Virus record (IMG/VR): IMGVR_UViG_3300034012_000625
Location: 1,259 to 65,258 of that record
Source: a virus
Lineage: Duplodnaviria > Caudoviricetes
DNA length: 64,000 nucleotides
Direction: 5' to 3' (one strand)
Position numbers and translations under genes: made by a program. Positions within the stretch are counted from its first letter, which is position 1. Every line of letters begins with the position of its first letter. The notes beneath the pieces are model-generated. The model was not told the DNA's origin, did no database searches, and worked only from the letters and a program-made list of their open reading frames with translations. This document shows positions 45,372 through 55,275 of this stretch, one piece after another.

Positions 45372-46268
45372 TTAGAGGGCAGACACAAAGGAAGCGGTCA
45401 TGATTACAGACGGAATTGCAGGCCTGTCTGGGCTTGTAGAGGCAGGCAGCGTCTGTAGCGAAATGCTTGAATCATTCGTGTACCACATGATTTCAAGATA
45501 ATCGTTTGGGTCAAGGTCAGTGTAATAATTCAACGCCGCGATCAAATGCCCATCTATCCCACCGTGACTGTTTGGCACAGACCACTTGCTGTTACTTTTT
45601 GGAACATCTACACCGTTCTTCCTGAACCAAATTTCAATGTCATGAATCTGCACTGATGTGTTAACAACTTGTACACTAAATTGAATGTTGTAAAGGCCGG
45701 CGTAATCCACGCCAATGCGCGACGCCAACGTTCCAGTAATTGCTACATTAGAAACATTCAAAGAATCGTTGACAACATACGTGCCGACGTTTCCGGTGCC
45801 TGTGCCAAACGCCACAACTCGAGTGTTGTTGCCTAAGCCCGTGCCATTCAACTTCATCCCGGCATAAATTTGCCCGCTGCTCATGGTAGTCACATTCATG
45901 GATGTGCCATTACCACCAGAGCCGTTGCTAATCGTTGCTGTGAAAGATGCGTTGGCAGAACTTACGTAAACGCCATTACTGTAGTCCGTCGTGTCGTACG
46001 TCAGGTAATACGTGGTGCTGGTATTCCCATCAAACTGATCTTGGCCATCCTGAAAAGCACCATACGGTAGTATCAGGTTACTTGTCGTATTGGAACTATT
46101 GGCATTCAGTTGCCCGATAAAGTTATCAAGCTGAGAAAAGTAGAGGCGCAACACATTGTTCAACTGATCAATGTATTGGCGGCTGTACTCTGTCGGCGCA
46201 AGCGGTAACGCAGGCGCCTTCGTCCTTGATAGGGTAACAACCTCTGTTGTGACAATTTGTGTGGTCAT
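45372..46268 (-). CDS. Tail-associated protein (needle/fibre-like)
   Basis: 'LPLAPTEY...LRLYF', C-terminal 'GLYNIQFS.Q...IWFRKNG'. Confidence 0.6.
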   Translation of the reverse strand: MTTQIVTTEVVTLSRTKAPALPLAPTEYSRQYIDQLNNVLRLYFSQLDNFIGQLNANSSNTTSNLILPYGAFQDGQDQFDGNTSTTYYLTYDTTDYSNGVYVSSANASFTATISNGSGGNGTSMNVTTMSSGQIYAGMKLNGTGLGNNTRVVAFGTGTGNVGTYVVNDSLNVSNVAITGTLASRIGVDYAGLYNIQFSVQVVNTSVQIHDIEIWFRKNGVDVPKSNSKWSVPNSHGGIDGHLIAALNYYTDLDPNDYLEIMWYTNDSSISLQTLPASTSPDRPAIPSVIMTASFVSAL

Positions 46269-48400
46269 CTTCTGCCGTCAGCGCGTACGTCAACTCTCGG
46301 CACACCTAGCTGCCACTGACAGCCAAGCTGGTTGGACTCAATCTTGAACGCCATCTGCCGGCCACGTAGGCGGGTGTACACAATCCCTGTGAACTCCTGC
46401 ACCGTGTAGTTCCTGACGTTGGCGTAGCTCTGTGCCGAATCCACTCCTGCGTTGGCAGATGTGCCGTAAGGTGAGCCAGGGTTCTGCCTAGGGCGTAGCG
46501 TGAACGTTACCTGCGGGGTATCTGGAGTAGGCGTACTTGATCCATCGAACGTGATGTCAGGGATCATGCGCCACACAAACCCGAAGTTATGCCCGTCGCC
46601 AATATCAAAGTCGGAAGACTGGATGTACGCGTTGATCGGCAGCTGTGTGCCGTTGACCTCGACATTATCGTTACCGTTCTCGTGGTACACAATCGTGTGG
46701 CTGTACGTCGCACCCATAGGGTATGACCGCAGCGGGCTGTCCAGCCATGCTGTTCGGCCAAGTGTGCCGTAGTACCAAACTTGATCCAGATAGTTGTAGA
46801 TCACGTACTTGTCGATAACCTCACTGCCTGCCGAGCAGTAGAACCACCAGATCTCGCTGTAGCCTTCATTCGTGCCGGCGAAGAACTGATCCTTCTGATC
46901 AAGATTGATATCGCCAAAGACGTACTGACGCAGTGCGCAGGGTAGCGTCTCCACGCGACCGGTATAGGCGTAGAACTTGTCCACACCCATCCAGTACGTG
47001 ATGTTGTTGGCCGTAGCCACAGCATTCGGACCCGCAATCGAGATGTTGTCAGACAGGATGTTGAAGCCCCAGACGAACGGTGGCCCCAGATACTGCATAG
47101 AGAACACCGCTGCATCTGTGAATACCAGAATCTCTTGACGAGTCTGCTGGGCGCTGATGATCTCTGACCCGGAAGACAGCCTAAAGCTGCCAGCCTGATT
47201 GGTAACAGATGGAGTCCAGACCGCATAGTTCTCTTGGTCTGACCAGCGGATCAACATCGGATCCTGCTCGGTCGAGCCGTAGTCGTTGCAACCAAACGCA
47301 AGTACAAACCGCGAGGAGTCCGATACCATCACCATGTTGGCAACGATCGGGCAGCTGCTATCTGTCTGGTACACGCCACTACTGGTGCTAGATAGGATGG
47401 TTGCTGGTGTGGTGAACAATAGACTGCCGCCTGCTGTGTACTCTGGCACCCACATATACAGCGCACCGCCGCGTGGGTTGATGATCAGGTAGTCGCCGTA
47501 GTTAGACTCTGACCATAGACGCAGACGCTGCGTAATGCCAAACGATGCCGACTGCCCCCAGCCTGTAAACGATCCTGCGTTGTAAACAATCGCGCCGTTG
47601 GAGTGTGTAGTAGCTATCGTGCCGTTCGCGCCGCGTGTGGCGCCTGTAAACGTCGTGGCCGTGTTGCCTGTGTATACAGCCAATTCCTGATCTATCAGTA
47701 CCGTGCCTGTGGCGTTGGAGAAGCCTGTGGTCGAGGCTACCGTGATCGTGGTGTTAGACGCACTGAGTGCAGCCGTCAGAGATGTCTGTGTTGTTCCACT
47801 TGCAAAGCCGCCCCACAGGCCAGCACCCCAGCCAGTAACGAAGCCATAGATCTCTAGGCCGGTGTTCAGCTGATACTTGGCAGTAACTGTACCGCCGCCC
47901 GTCGCGCTGGATGTAGCTACAGAAGAAGCAGTAATCGTGTAAGAGTTACTGTTAATGTACGTGATCCGGTACTCGTTGTTCAGATCTAGGCCGCCTACTG
48001 TCGAGCCGCCTGAAAAGATCACATAGTCGCCGTTAGTCGCGCCATGCCCAGGATCCGTCACCGTGACAATAGCCGAACCAAGCGTGGTCGTGAACGGATT
48101 GGTGAGCGTCGCAGTCCTGCGAATAGGCGTGACGTCGTTGTACTGACCACCGCTCTCGATGTAGTACTTGACGTTGGTGCCGACTGCCAGCAGGTTGTAG
48201 CCTTGCAGCGTTACCCAGTTCCACAGGCTACGCGCAGTGCCGTCATACGTGTTGCCAGAGATCGGCTGCCAGCCACCTAGCTTCTGCGGATAGCCAGACC
48301 GGAAGCGAATCTTGTCGCAGTCAAACCAACCACCTTCGTTGGCAAGCGTAGTTCCTTCCCTGTTCAAACCTGGACGGAGTTGCAATTTTTGGAGAGGCAC
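46265..48400 (-). CDS. Tail nozzle/stabilisation protein (P22 gp10/T7 gp12-like)
   Basis: 711 aa, beta-propeller-like, 'IRWSDQE', ends 'DGRR'. Confidence 0.7.
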   Translation of the reverse strand: MPLQKLQLRPGLNREGTTLANEGGWFDCDKIRFRSGYPQKLGGWQPISGNTYDGTARSLWNWVTLQGYNLLAVGTNVKYYIESGGQYNDVTPIRRTATLTNPFTTTLGSAIVTVTDPGHGATNGDYVIFSGGSTVGGLDLNNEYRITYINSNSYTITASSVATSSATGGGTVTAKYQLNTGLEIYGFVTGWGAGLWGGFASGTTQTSLTAALSASNTTITVASTTGFSNATGTVLIDQELAVYTGNTATTFTGATRGANGTIATTHSNGAIVYNAGSFTGWGQSASFGITQRLRLWSESNYGDYLIINPRGGALYMWVPEYTAGGSLLFTTPATILSSTSSGVYQTDSSCPIVANMVMVSDSSRFVLAFGCNDYGSTEQDPMLIRWSDQENYAVWTPSVTNQAGSFRLSSGSEIISAQQTRQEILVFTDAAVFSMQYLGPPFVWGFNILSDNISIAGPNAVATANNITYWMGVDKFYAYTGRVETLPCALRQYVFGDINLDQKDQFFAGTNEGYSEIWWFYCSAGSEVIDKYVIYNYLDQVWYYGTLGRTAWLDSPLRSYPMGATYSHTIVYHENGNDNVEVNGTQLPINAYIQSSDFDIGDGHNFGFVWRMIPDITFDGSSTPTPDTPQVTFTLRPRQNPGSPYGTSANAGVDSAQSYANVRNYTVQEFTGIVYTRLRGRQMAFKIESNQLGCQWQLGVPRVDVRADGRR

Positions 48401-48426
48401 CTTATACTCCTATGAAGGAGGATACT

Positions 48427-49266
48427 ATGAAAGCATACGTATACATTTGGTTCAAACCCGACTGGTCTCCATTTTATGTGGGCATCGGCAAGACGCGAAA
48501 TCGCTGGAATCCGCTGTATGCCAAGACCAAAGACAGAAACGAAGCCTGCCTGCAAGTTATCGCAAAGTATGGTGCTGAAAACATAAAAGTACAACGCATG
48601 TTCTTTGATACTTGGGAAGATGCGTGTGCTACAGAACGTTCCCTCATAGCCTGTTTTGGTAGGCTTGACCAAGGAGGCGTTCTTAGAAATTTTACCGATG
48701 GCGGAGAAGGTAACGTTAACCCTCCTGCTGCCGAACGAGAAGCCAAGCGCTTGCGGCTGTTAGATCCAAACAACCCAAACAGAAAGCAACATTTACATCT
48801 GAATTCAAATCCAGATATACGCGCCAAACGTATCTCTACTCTCCGCTCGCCCGAGGTGCAAACCAAGATATCTGCCGCCTTAAATGAGCCAGACAAAAAA
48901 GCTGCCAGACTAGCCAAGCTGCGGGCAACCATTGCCTCACCTGAATACCAAGCCAAACTGGCCTTGCGCCGCAAACCAAAGCCACCTAAACGGTCGCCAG
49001 AAGAACTCAGGGAATATCGCAGGAATCTACTGGCCGAGCGCAACAAGGATCCTGAATACACAGCCAAACGTGTAGCGGCACTGAAGCAATCATCACAAGC
49101 AATTAGTGATGGCGTCAGGCAATCCGCTGATACACGCGCTGCAACCATGAAAACTCCAGAGGTTCAAGCAAAATTACGTAAACCAAAAACTACAGAACAA
49201 AAACAAAAAATATCAAAATCGCAAAAGGCTCGATGGCAAGCTCGTAAGTCCACGTTACCCACCTGA
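48427..49266 (+). CDS. GIY-YIG homing endonuclease-like protein
   Basis: 'YVY...PFYVGIG...R...E...NFTDGGEG' plus basic repeats; inserted antisense in the late operon. Confidence 0.75.
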   Translation: MKAYVYIWFKPDWSPFYVGIGKTRNRWNPLYAKTKDRNEACLQVIAKYGAENIKVQRMFFDTWEDACATERSLIACFGRLDQGGVLRNFTDGGEGNVNPPAAEREAKRLRLLDPNNPNRKQHLHLNSNPDIRAKRISTLRSPEVQTKISAALNEPDKKAARLAKLRATIASPEYQAKLALRRKPKPPKRSPEELREYRRNLLAERNKDPEYTAKRVAALKQSSQAISDGVRQSADTRAATMKTPEVQAKLRKPKTTEQKQKISKSQKARWQARKSTLPT

Positions 49267-49716
49267 CTTGTACGGGCGTGTACCCTTCTTGTCGATGATA
49301 AGCGCCATCTTTCTCGGCTTGGCTTCTGGCGTGTTCGGGATGCTGACGTGCGTCCACCCACCGCCGCGCACCGGGTCAGAAAACTCACGGATCACCTGAT
49401 CAAATGGCAACGTAGAAGCAATGATACGCTTTACTACCTGATCTGGGACCATCCCCGACACACGAATATCTGCCGCTGTACCGTGACAATGCTGACTTGT
49501 CTTCGACCCCTTGATCGCCTTGTTGACCTCTGGGCTGCGGTAGGCCGAGTTGATGCTGATTGGCTTGCCTAGCATCGCTCGCAACGACTCCAAGAACGCT
49601 GCTAACCTTTTCAAGTTTATTAGATGATCATTCTGCGGAGTATTGTCTAAACCATGCCTCGCCGCATAGTCGCTGACGGTCATTTCCTCCAGCGTGAAAT
49701 GGGGCGATAGCTTCAT
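49255..49716 (-). CDS. Endolysin, peptidase M15A family
   Basis: 'INSAYRS', 'SQHCHGTAADI', 'WTHVS'. Confidence 0.9.
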   Translation of the reverse strand: MKLSPHFTLEEMTVSDYAARHGLDNTPQNDHLINLKRLAAFLESLRAMLGKPISINSAYRSPEVNKAIKGSKTSQHCHGTAADIRVSGMVPDQVVKRIIASTLPFDQVIREFSDPVRGGGWTHVSIPNTPEAKPRKMALIIDKKGTRPYKSGG

Positions 49717-50207
49717 TTCTTCATCAACTCCTTGGTCTTCTCCTTGCTGCTCTGGCTAGAGCCAAAGAAGAAGTTCAAGATGGTAGCCACCACCGTACCA
49801 AGGATGAAACCAAGAACCACGTCCACAAACCTGATGTTCTTCTCTGGAATATCCGCGATAGTAATCAGGACTATGTATCCTGTAGCAAACACAGACCAGT
49901 ACGTCGCAAACATGTACACAAACCGGCGTACCATAGGATCAGCATTCTCCATAGCCTTTTCCTGCATCTCCCGCGCGTCCTGCGTGTTCTTCAAATCCAG
50001 TTCTGCCATGAACTCTGCATGTTTCATGGCCGCCATTTGGATCTCTGCCAGTTTGGTGTCATCCAGCACACCGTTCTCGTTAGGCTCCAGCTTGATGCCG
50101 AGCTTTTCCTCGACATGACCCAAGCCCTGCTCAAGCACAGAGTCGGCCACCTTCTGTAGCCCTGCGCCTGCGAGCTGCGTCAAGATCGGTGCAAGTAATG
50201 GCAGCAT
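49713..50207 (-). CDS. Holin
   Basis: Two or three TM helices, 'FFFGSS', adjacent to the endolysin. Confidence 0.75.
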   Translation of the reverse strand: MLPLLAPILTQLAGAGLQKVADSVLEQGLGHVEEKLGIKLEPNENGVLDDTKLAEIQMAAMKHAEFMAELDLKNTQDAREMQEKAMENADPMVRRFVYMFATYWSVFATGYIVLITIADIPEKNIRFVDVVLGFILGTVVATILNFFFGSSQSSKEKTKELMKK

Positions 50208-50210
50208 GGC

Positions 50211-50576
50211 TTACGCGGCTTCCTGTGCTACCCACGAAGTTGTTGCTTCATCCCAGCTGTACATCTGGCCGTCAGTAGGCATATCTACCGGCGCCTTCCA
50301 CTGGCAGGTAGCCTCGTCCAATACCCAGCTTGCATACGTCTTGGGCGGAATAAACGCATCACGCTGCTCGTCATAGGTGAAGCCGATACCAGCGTAGTTC
50401 TTGCGCTTGTTGCCGTTGTAGCTGGTCTGCTTCCACGTACCGCCAAACAGCTTCTCGCAGAACGCTGCGCCAATGTATTCCTTCTCCACGCCGTTAGCGT
50501 CCGCTGTGTCGCGGTTGTCAACGACGATCACTTGTTCGACCACGTTGCCGGGGCCAAGTTTCGCAAAGTGCGCCAT
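50211..50576 (-). CDS. Tail-fibre-associated protein (MAHFA family)
   Basis: 'MAHFAK...WKQTSYN...RKNYAGIG.TYD...DAFIPP'. Confidence 0.65.
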   Translation of the reverse strand: MAHFAKLGPGNVVEQVIVVDNRDTADANGVEKEYIGAAFCEKLFGGTWKQTSYNGNKRKNYAGIGFTYDEQRDAFIPPKTYASWVLDEATCQWKAPVDMPTDGQMYSWDEATTSWVAQEAA

Positions 50577-51184
50577 CAATCTTCTCCTAGTTGCAGTCCA
50601 GTCAAACTCTCATCGACACCGATGTGTCCTTTGAGAAAAGTGTTAAACGCGATGCTCACGCGGGTTTCATTCCCGACCTTCGTCTCGACCATGTGTTCCA
50701 GATGCGACGGGAACAAAATCAGATCCCCCGCGCCTACCTCGAACCACCAGCTCTCCGAGTTCCAGTGATTCCATGTGGCCGGTTGTACTTTGATCCGCTC
50801 GTAGCCGCTCTTGTAGAAATAGATCTTGTCCACTTCTCTGTCAGCCTGCGGGTAGAACACGCCAGAGATGAAGCTATTCGGATGCGCGTGCTTGTGGTGG
50901 TACTGACCTGGATCTGTGTAGTTCGCCCACGACTGCGTGACATACAGCGCCACATCACCCTTGGGGTCATGTACCGTCTTGAAGTATTCCACCATCGCGT
51001 CTTCGATAAACTCACGGATGTCCGTCAGTTCTTTGTTGCGCAGAATCTTGCGATCATTGCTAGTCGTATTGCCTACGTTAGCGTGCTTGTCTTGGCCGAG
51101 GATGAACTCAAGTTCTGTCTTTGTCAGGTCGCGCCCAAGTCGAGCAAATCCAACAGGTAGCGGGAATAGGTTGTGGACGTTCAT
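50576..51184 (-). CDS. 2OG-Fe(II) oxygenase (TIGR02466-like)
   Basis: 'SWAN', 'HAHPNSFISGVFY', 'LFPSHLEHMV', 'RVSIAFN'. Start at MNVHNLFP. Confidence 0.85.
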   Translation of the reverse strand: MNVHNLFPLPVGFARLGRDLTKTELEFILGQDKHANVGNTTSNDRKILRNKELTDIREFIEDAMVEYFKTVHDPKGDVALYVTQSWANYTDPGQYHHKHAHPNSFISGVFYPQADREVDKIYFYKSGYERIKVQPATWNHWNSESWWFEVGAGDLILFPSHLEHMVETKVGNETRVSIAFNTFLKGHIGVDESLTGLQLGED

Positions 51185-51438
51185 CCGTTCACCGCCTGTT
51201 CGTAGACACGCTGTTGTCCAGTAATCTGTTCCAACTGCTCTTCTGTGAAGATCGTGTTGATGCTGTCCTCGAACGCGCGGATTTTCTCCATGGTCTCGTG
51301 GACTTCTTCTATGGTTGGGCAAGGACGTGGGTCATCCCACAAGCTGAAGAAATTGTTCGTGATCTCCCAGCGCGCACCCGGACGTAGCAGGTGCATTGCT
51401 GTGTCGATGCCAACCATCATGTAAATTTTGTTGTCCAT
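51181..51438 (-). CDS. Small tail-module protein
   Basis: 'LRPGARWE...W.DPRPCPT.EE'. Confidence 0.55.
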   Translation of the reverse strand: MDNKIYMMVGIDTAMHLLRPGARWEITNNFFSLWDDPRPCPTIEEVHETMEKIRAFEDSINTIFTEEQLEQITGQQRVYEQAVNG

Positions 51439-51444
51439 AGGCTT

Positions 51445-53142
51445 TTATGAGTTTAGTTTGATAATTACGATACCGGAGCCGCCGTTATTTGCTGTAGTAA
51501 TGCCACCTCCGCCGCCTCCACCTCCACTATTTGCAGTCCCTGCGCTTCCTAACGCGCCAGATGGACTGTATTTACCACCATTGCCACCTCCGCCTACGCC
51601 GCCAGCACCTGCGGTGTCTGCATCTCGAAACGTACTCCCGCCACCTCCACCAGCATACGTAATAGAAGAGCCAGAAATAGTAGATGAAGAGCCTGCGCCG
51701 CCATTACCTGCTGTAGTTCCAGACGCACTGACGCCAACCGCAGAAGCACCACCTCCTCCACCACCAGAAAAAGTTGGACTACTATTTACATCATCTCCAC
51801 CATTATTACCTTGGGATGGTGAAGTGGATGGTGTATTTCCTGTTCCTATATTTCCAGCAATACCCGCTCCGCCACCAGACCCCCCATTTTTGCCGTTTGC
51901 ATTTACATTCCCACCACCACCACCGCCACCAGCAGACGTAATTGTTGAAAATACAGAATTGCTTCCAGAGTCTCCATCATTTGCACCACCATCCAAAACT
52001 TTTCCTACACCTCCACCGCCAACCGTAATTGTATAAGTCGTACCGGCGGTAACAGATAGTGATGTACCTGTTCTAAAACCTCCAGCTCCTCCTCCTCCAT
52101 ATCTACCACCCCCACCACCACCAGCGACTACCAAGTAATCAACGCTAGTCACACCTGTAGGGCAAGTCCACTGACCGGAGCCTTTGAAGGACAGTACTCG
52201 GCTAACGGGCGCGCGATACTGGATGATAACGATGCCAGAGCCGCCTGCATACCGGCTACCGCCACCGCCTCCTGTATTAGTAGAACCAGCACTGCCGCCT
52301 TGAACTGGACTGGTAGTACTTGTAGCCCATGTTCCACCGTTACCACCGCCGCCTGTGCCGCCAGTTCCTTCAACAGCTACTAATTCCCAGCCACCTCCTC
52401 CACCACCACCAGCATAGGTTACGGAAGAACCAGAAATAGATGATGCTGTGCCATTGCCACCGTTACCAGCGGTCCCCGGGCTGGAGGTAGACGCATTAGC
52501 ACCAACAGCAGATGCGCCACCACCACCGCCACCGACATAAATGGCAGCTGCATTATCATTTGTACCGCTTCCTCCGTTGTTTCCTTGGGATGGTGCAGTT
52601 GACGGAGTATTTCCAGAACCACCCGTGCTGGTAGAAAAAGGTGAAATAGTCCCATAACCACCACCACCACCCGACCCTCCGTTTTTACCTGGATTTGAAC
52701 TATTGGCTTGACCACCACCTCCACCACCAGTAGAAGTTATAGTGCTAAATACAGAATTACTCCCGTCATTACCAAGAACATCGTATGTGGTTCCATTGCT
52801 AGTAGCTCCTGCGCCTACGGTAATCGTGTAAGTTGTTCCGGCAGTAACGGATAATCCTGTGCCTGTTCTGAACCCGCCAGCGCCGCCGCCGCCAAAACTA
52901 CCACCCCCACCACCACCTGCCACCACGAGATAGCTCACCTCTGACACGCCGTCAGGGCATGTCCACGAGCCGGAAGCTGTGAATGTTTCTGTGATAAGAA
53001 TTGGCGATGCAGGAGGCTGTGGCCACGTACCGTTTTTGATTGCCTGCAACGCTTGGTTCAAAGACCAAATGCCCGACGCCGAAGTGGCTGTCGGGATGAC
53101 AGGATTCTTTGTGATGAAGTTTCCGGGATAGTTACCGCTCAT
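51445..53142 (-). CDS. Glycine-rich tail fibre/receptor-binding protein A
   Basis: 565 aa; two 'F..SG.W.CP.GV..V.YLVVAGGGGG...GGSGIVII' modules. Confidence 0.75.
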   Translation of the reverse strand: MSGNYPGNFITKNPVIPTATSASGIWSLNQALQAIKNGTWPQPPASPILITETFTASGSWTCPDGVSEVSYLVVAGGGGGGSFGGGGAGGFRTGTGLSVTAGTTYTITVGAGATSNGTTYDVLGNDGSNSVFSTITSTGGGGGGQANSSNPGKNGGSGGGGGYGTISPFSTSTGGSGNTPSTAPSQGNNGGSGTNDNAAAIYVGGGGGGASAVGANASTSSPGTAGNGGNGTASSISGSSVTYAGGGGGGGWELVAVEGTGGTGGGGNGGTWATSTTSPVQGGSAGSTNTGGGGGSRYAGGSGIVIIQYRAPVSRVLSFKGSGQWTCPTGVTSVDYLVVAGGGGGGRYGGGGAGGFRTGTSLSVTAGTTYTITVGGGGVGKVLDGGANDGDSGSNSVFSTITSAGGGGGGGNVNANGKNGGSGGGAGIAGNIGTGNTPSTSPSQGNNGGDDVNSSPTFSGGGGGGASAVGVSASGTTAGNGGAGSSSTISGSSITYAGGGGGSTFRDADTAGAGGVGGGGNGGKYSPSGALGSAGTANSGGGGGGGGITTANNGGSGIVIIKLNS

Positions 53143-53154
53143 GCTTCACCTTGT

Positions 53155-54852
53155 TTAGTTAACCTTGATAATGACAATACCGCTGCCGCCGTTTTGACCA
53201 GGAGCAGACACGCTTGGAGTAATGTCGCCACCACCCCCGCCGCCTCCTCCTGTGTTGGCTACACCGGCAGAACCAACCACCGCTCCCGGACCAGCATTTG
53301 CTCCAATACCACCATTGCCCCCGCCTCCTGTGCCGCCAATGCCTGAAAATGGCCCATAAGCGCCACCACCACCGCCGCCAGCATACGTTACGGAAGAACC
53401 GGAAATTGCTGATGCTGTGCCATTGCCACCATTCCCTCTTTGATTTCCACCATTGGTGCCATCAGCACTCGCACCACCACCACCGCCACCGCAAAATGGT
53501 GTGCTGTAAGTTCCGCCATTCCCGCCATTATTGCCTTGAGATGGAGAAGTTGAAGGGGTATTTCCTGCGCCTCCACTTGTAGGAGCGTTTACGGTTCCAG
53601 AACCTCCGCCAGAACCACCTGCAACACCATTTGCATTACCCGCCGTATCGAATGAACCACTACCACCACCGCCGTTGGAAGTGATTGTAGAGAAAACAGA
53701 ATTACCCCCACTTCCACCTTTTGATGGGGATTGACTACCTTGCCCGGCACCTCCTGCTCCTACAGTAATTGTATAAGTAGTTCCTGCCGTAACACTTAGC
53801 CCGGTACCCGTTCTAAATCCGCCTGCACCGCCGCCGCCAGCTTGATATGCCCCCGCTCCACCACCACCACCAGCTACCACCAGATAGTCCACGGTCGTTG
53901 CACCCTCTGGCGCAGTCCACGAGCCGGAAGCAGTAAAGGTAATCAGTCGCTGTATTGGTGATACATATCTGATGATGACTATGCCAGAGCCGCCGGAGCC
54001 GCCTGCATACGATACGATTGGAGCGCCAGCAGACCCTGTGCCACCACCGCCACCACCGGTGTTTGCCGTTCCATTAGAACCTGTTGATTGAGCGCCACCG
54101 TTACCGCCGCCACCAGAACCTCCTACTCCAGCATTTGTTGATGCTGGTGCGGTATAACCACCACCTCCTCCACCACCAGCGTAAGTTACTGAACTACCTG
54201 ACATGGTAGACGCAGTTCCGTTGCCGCCATTGCCGCCTTTGGTTCCAGAGCCATCATTGCCTACTGCGCCAGAACCACCTCCACCTCCACCTCCATACTG
54301 GGGACCTGGTGCGCTTCCGGCGCCCCCGTTATTGCCCTGAGATGGATTGGTAAAAGGAGTGTTCCCATTCCCGCCCGGCGCACCATATGAAGAACCACCA
54401 CCAGAACCACCTGCCAAACCTTGTATGGTTGAACTAGATGCTCCATAAGCACCACCGCCACCGCCATTAGCGGTGATTGTAGAAAAAATGCTATTACCGC
54501 CGTTAGATCCTACGTTAGTACCGGGACCAGCGGCGCCCCCACTACCGCCTGCACCAACAGTTATCGTATAAGCAGTGCCTGCTGTTACAGGCAACCCACT
54601 GCCAGTTCTAAATCCACCAGCACCTCCGCCACCGGAAGAATAAGCGCCCGGAACTGTACCGCCTCCGCCGCCACCACCAGCCACAATCAAATAGTCCACC
54701 TGCGTGACACCAGCAGGACATGTCCACGTACTCGTTGCCGTGAATATTTCAGTAACTGTGAACGACTTGGGAACCGTTCCCAGCGTCCAGATACCAGACT
54801 GGCCGGGCGCAGTGGCGCTTATAAGTTGACCGGGATAGCCGTGAATAGGCAT
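53155..54852 (-). CDS. Glycine-rich tail fibre/receptor-binding protein B (paralog)
   Basis: 565 aa; same two-module architecture. Confidence 0.75.
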   Translation of the reverse strand: MPIHGYPGQLISATAPGQSGIWTLGTVPKSFTVTEIFTATSTWTCPAGVTQVDYLIVAGGGGGGGTVPGAYSSGGGGAGGFRTGSGLPVTAGTAYTITVGAGGSGGAAGPGTNVGSNGGNSIFSTITANGGGGGAYGASSSTIQGLAGGSGGGSSYGAPGGNGNTPFTNPSQGNNGGAGSAPGPQYGGGGGGGSGAVGNDGSGTKGGNGGNGTASTMSGSSVTYAGGGGGGGYTAPASTNAGVGGSGGGGNGGAQSTGSNGTANTGGGGGGTGSAGAPIVSYAGGSGGSGIVIIRYVSPIQRLITFTASGSWTAPEGATTVDYLVVAGGGGGAGAYQAGGGGAGGFRTGTGLSVTAGTTYTITVGAGGAGQGSQSPSKGGSGGNSVFSTITSNGGGGSGSFDTAGNANGVAGGSGGGSGTVNAPTSGGAGNTPSTSPSQGNNGGNGGTYSTPFCGGGGGGASADGTNGGNQRGNGGNGTASAISGSSVTYAGGGGGGAYGPFSGIGGTGGGGNGGIGANAGPGAVVGSAGVANTGGGGGGGGDITPSVSAPGQNGGSGIVIIKVN

Positions 54853-54861
54853 GTCGTACCT

Positions 54862-55263
54862 TTACGAGCTGATTTGTTCGTAGCTAACTGAGAAGGCGAT
54901 AGCGCTGTTCGTGCCGCTCGACACGACAATCGCCTTATCTTCCAGCAGATATGTAGCCGTGGTCTTGTCCATCACAATCAGCGACGCGAACGCCGGAACC
55001 GAGATGTTAGATGCAATCGGGAACGCGTTGCTAGAGCTGACTACCACAGCGTTACCAGCCACAACGTTGCCGCTAGTGAAGATCATCACCGTGCAGTTTG
55101 CCGCCGTGTTAGTCTGGTTTGCCGCCACAATCTGATCTAACTTGAACACGTTGCCCGAGTTGGTGGTGTTTGTGACCAGCACAAAGTTTGCCGTGTTCGC
55201 AGGAGTCAGATATGTCGTCTGACCGTAGATTTGTGTCACATTGACAATGTTCGGATTTGGCAC
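54862..55263 (-). CDS. Tail-fibre adaptor-like protein
   Basis: MPNPNIVNV...SYEQIS. Confidence 0.6.
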   Translation of the reverse strand: MPNPNIVNVTQIYGQTTYLTPANTANFVLVTNTTNSGNVFKLDQIVAANQTNTAANCTVMIFTSGNVVAGNAVVVSSSNAFPIASNISVPAFASLIVMDKTTATYLLEDKAIVVSSGTNSAIAFSVSYEQISS

Positions 55264-55275
55264 AGCTATTCTCCT

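Noticed and set aside
48474-49148. 224-aa minus-strand ORF co-oriented with the late operon
   Set aside because: Antisense shadow of the GIY-YIG gene, which has clear motifs and an RBS.
50576-51184. TET/JBP-type 5mC dioxygenase partnering the C5-methyltransferase
   Set aside because: Motifs fit the TIGR02466-like family (HxH, not the TET HxD), and the gene lies in the tail module far from the MTase.
51445-54852. Repeated fibre modules as DGR template/variable repeats
   Set aside because: No reverse transcriptase is present, and the copies are all coding and broadly diverged rather than adenine-specific.
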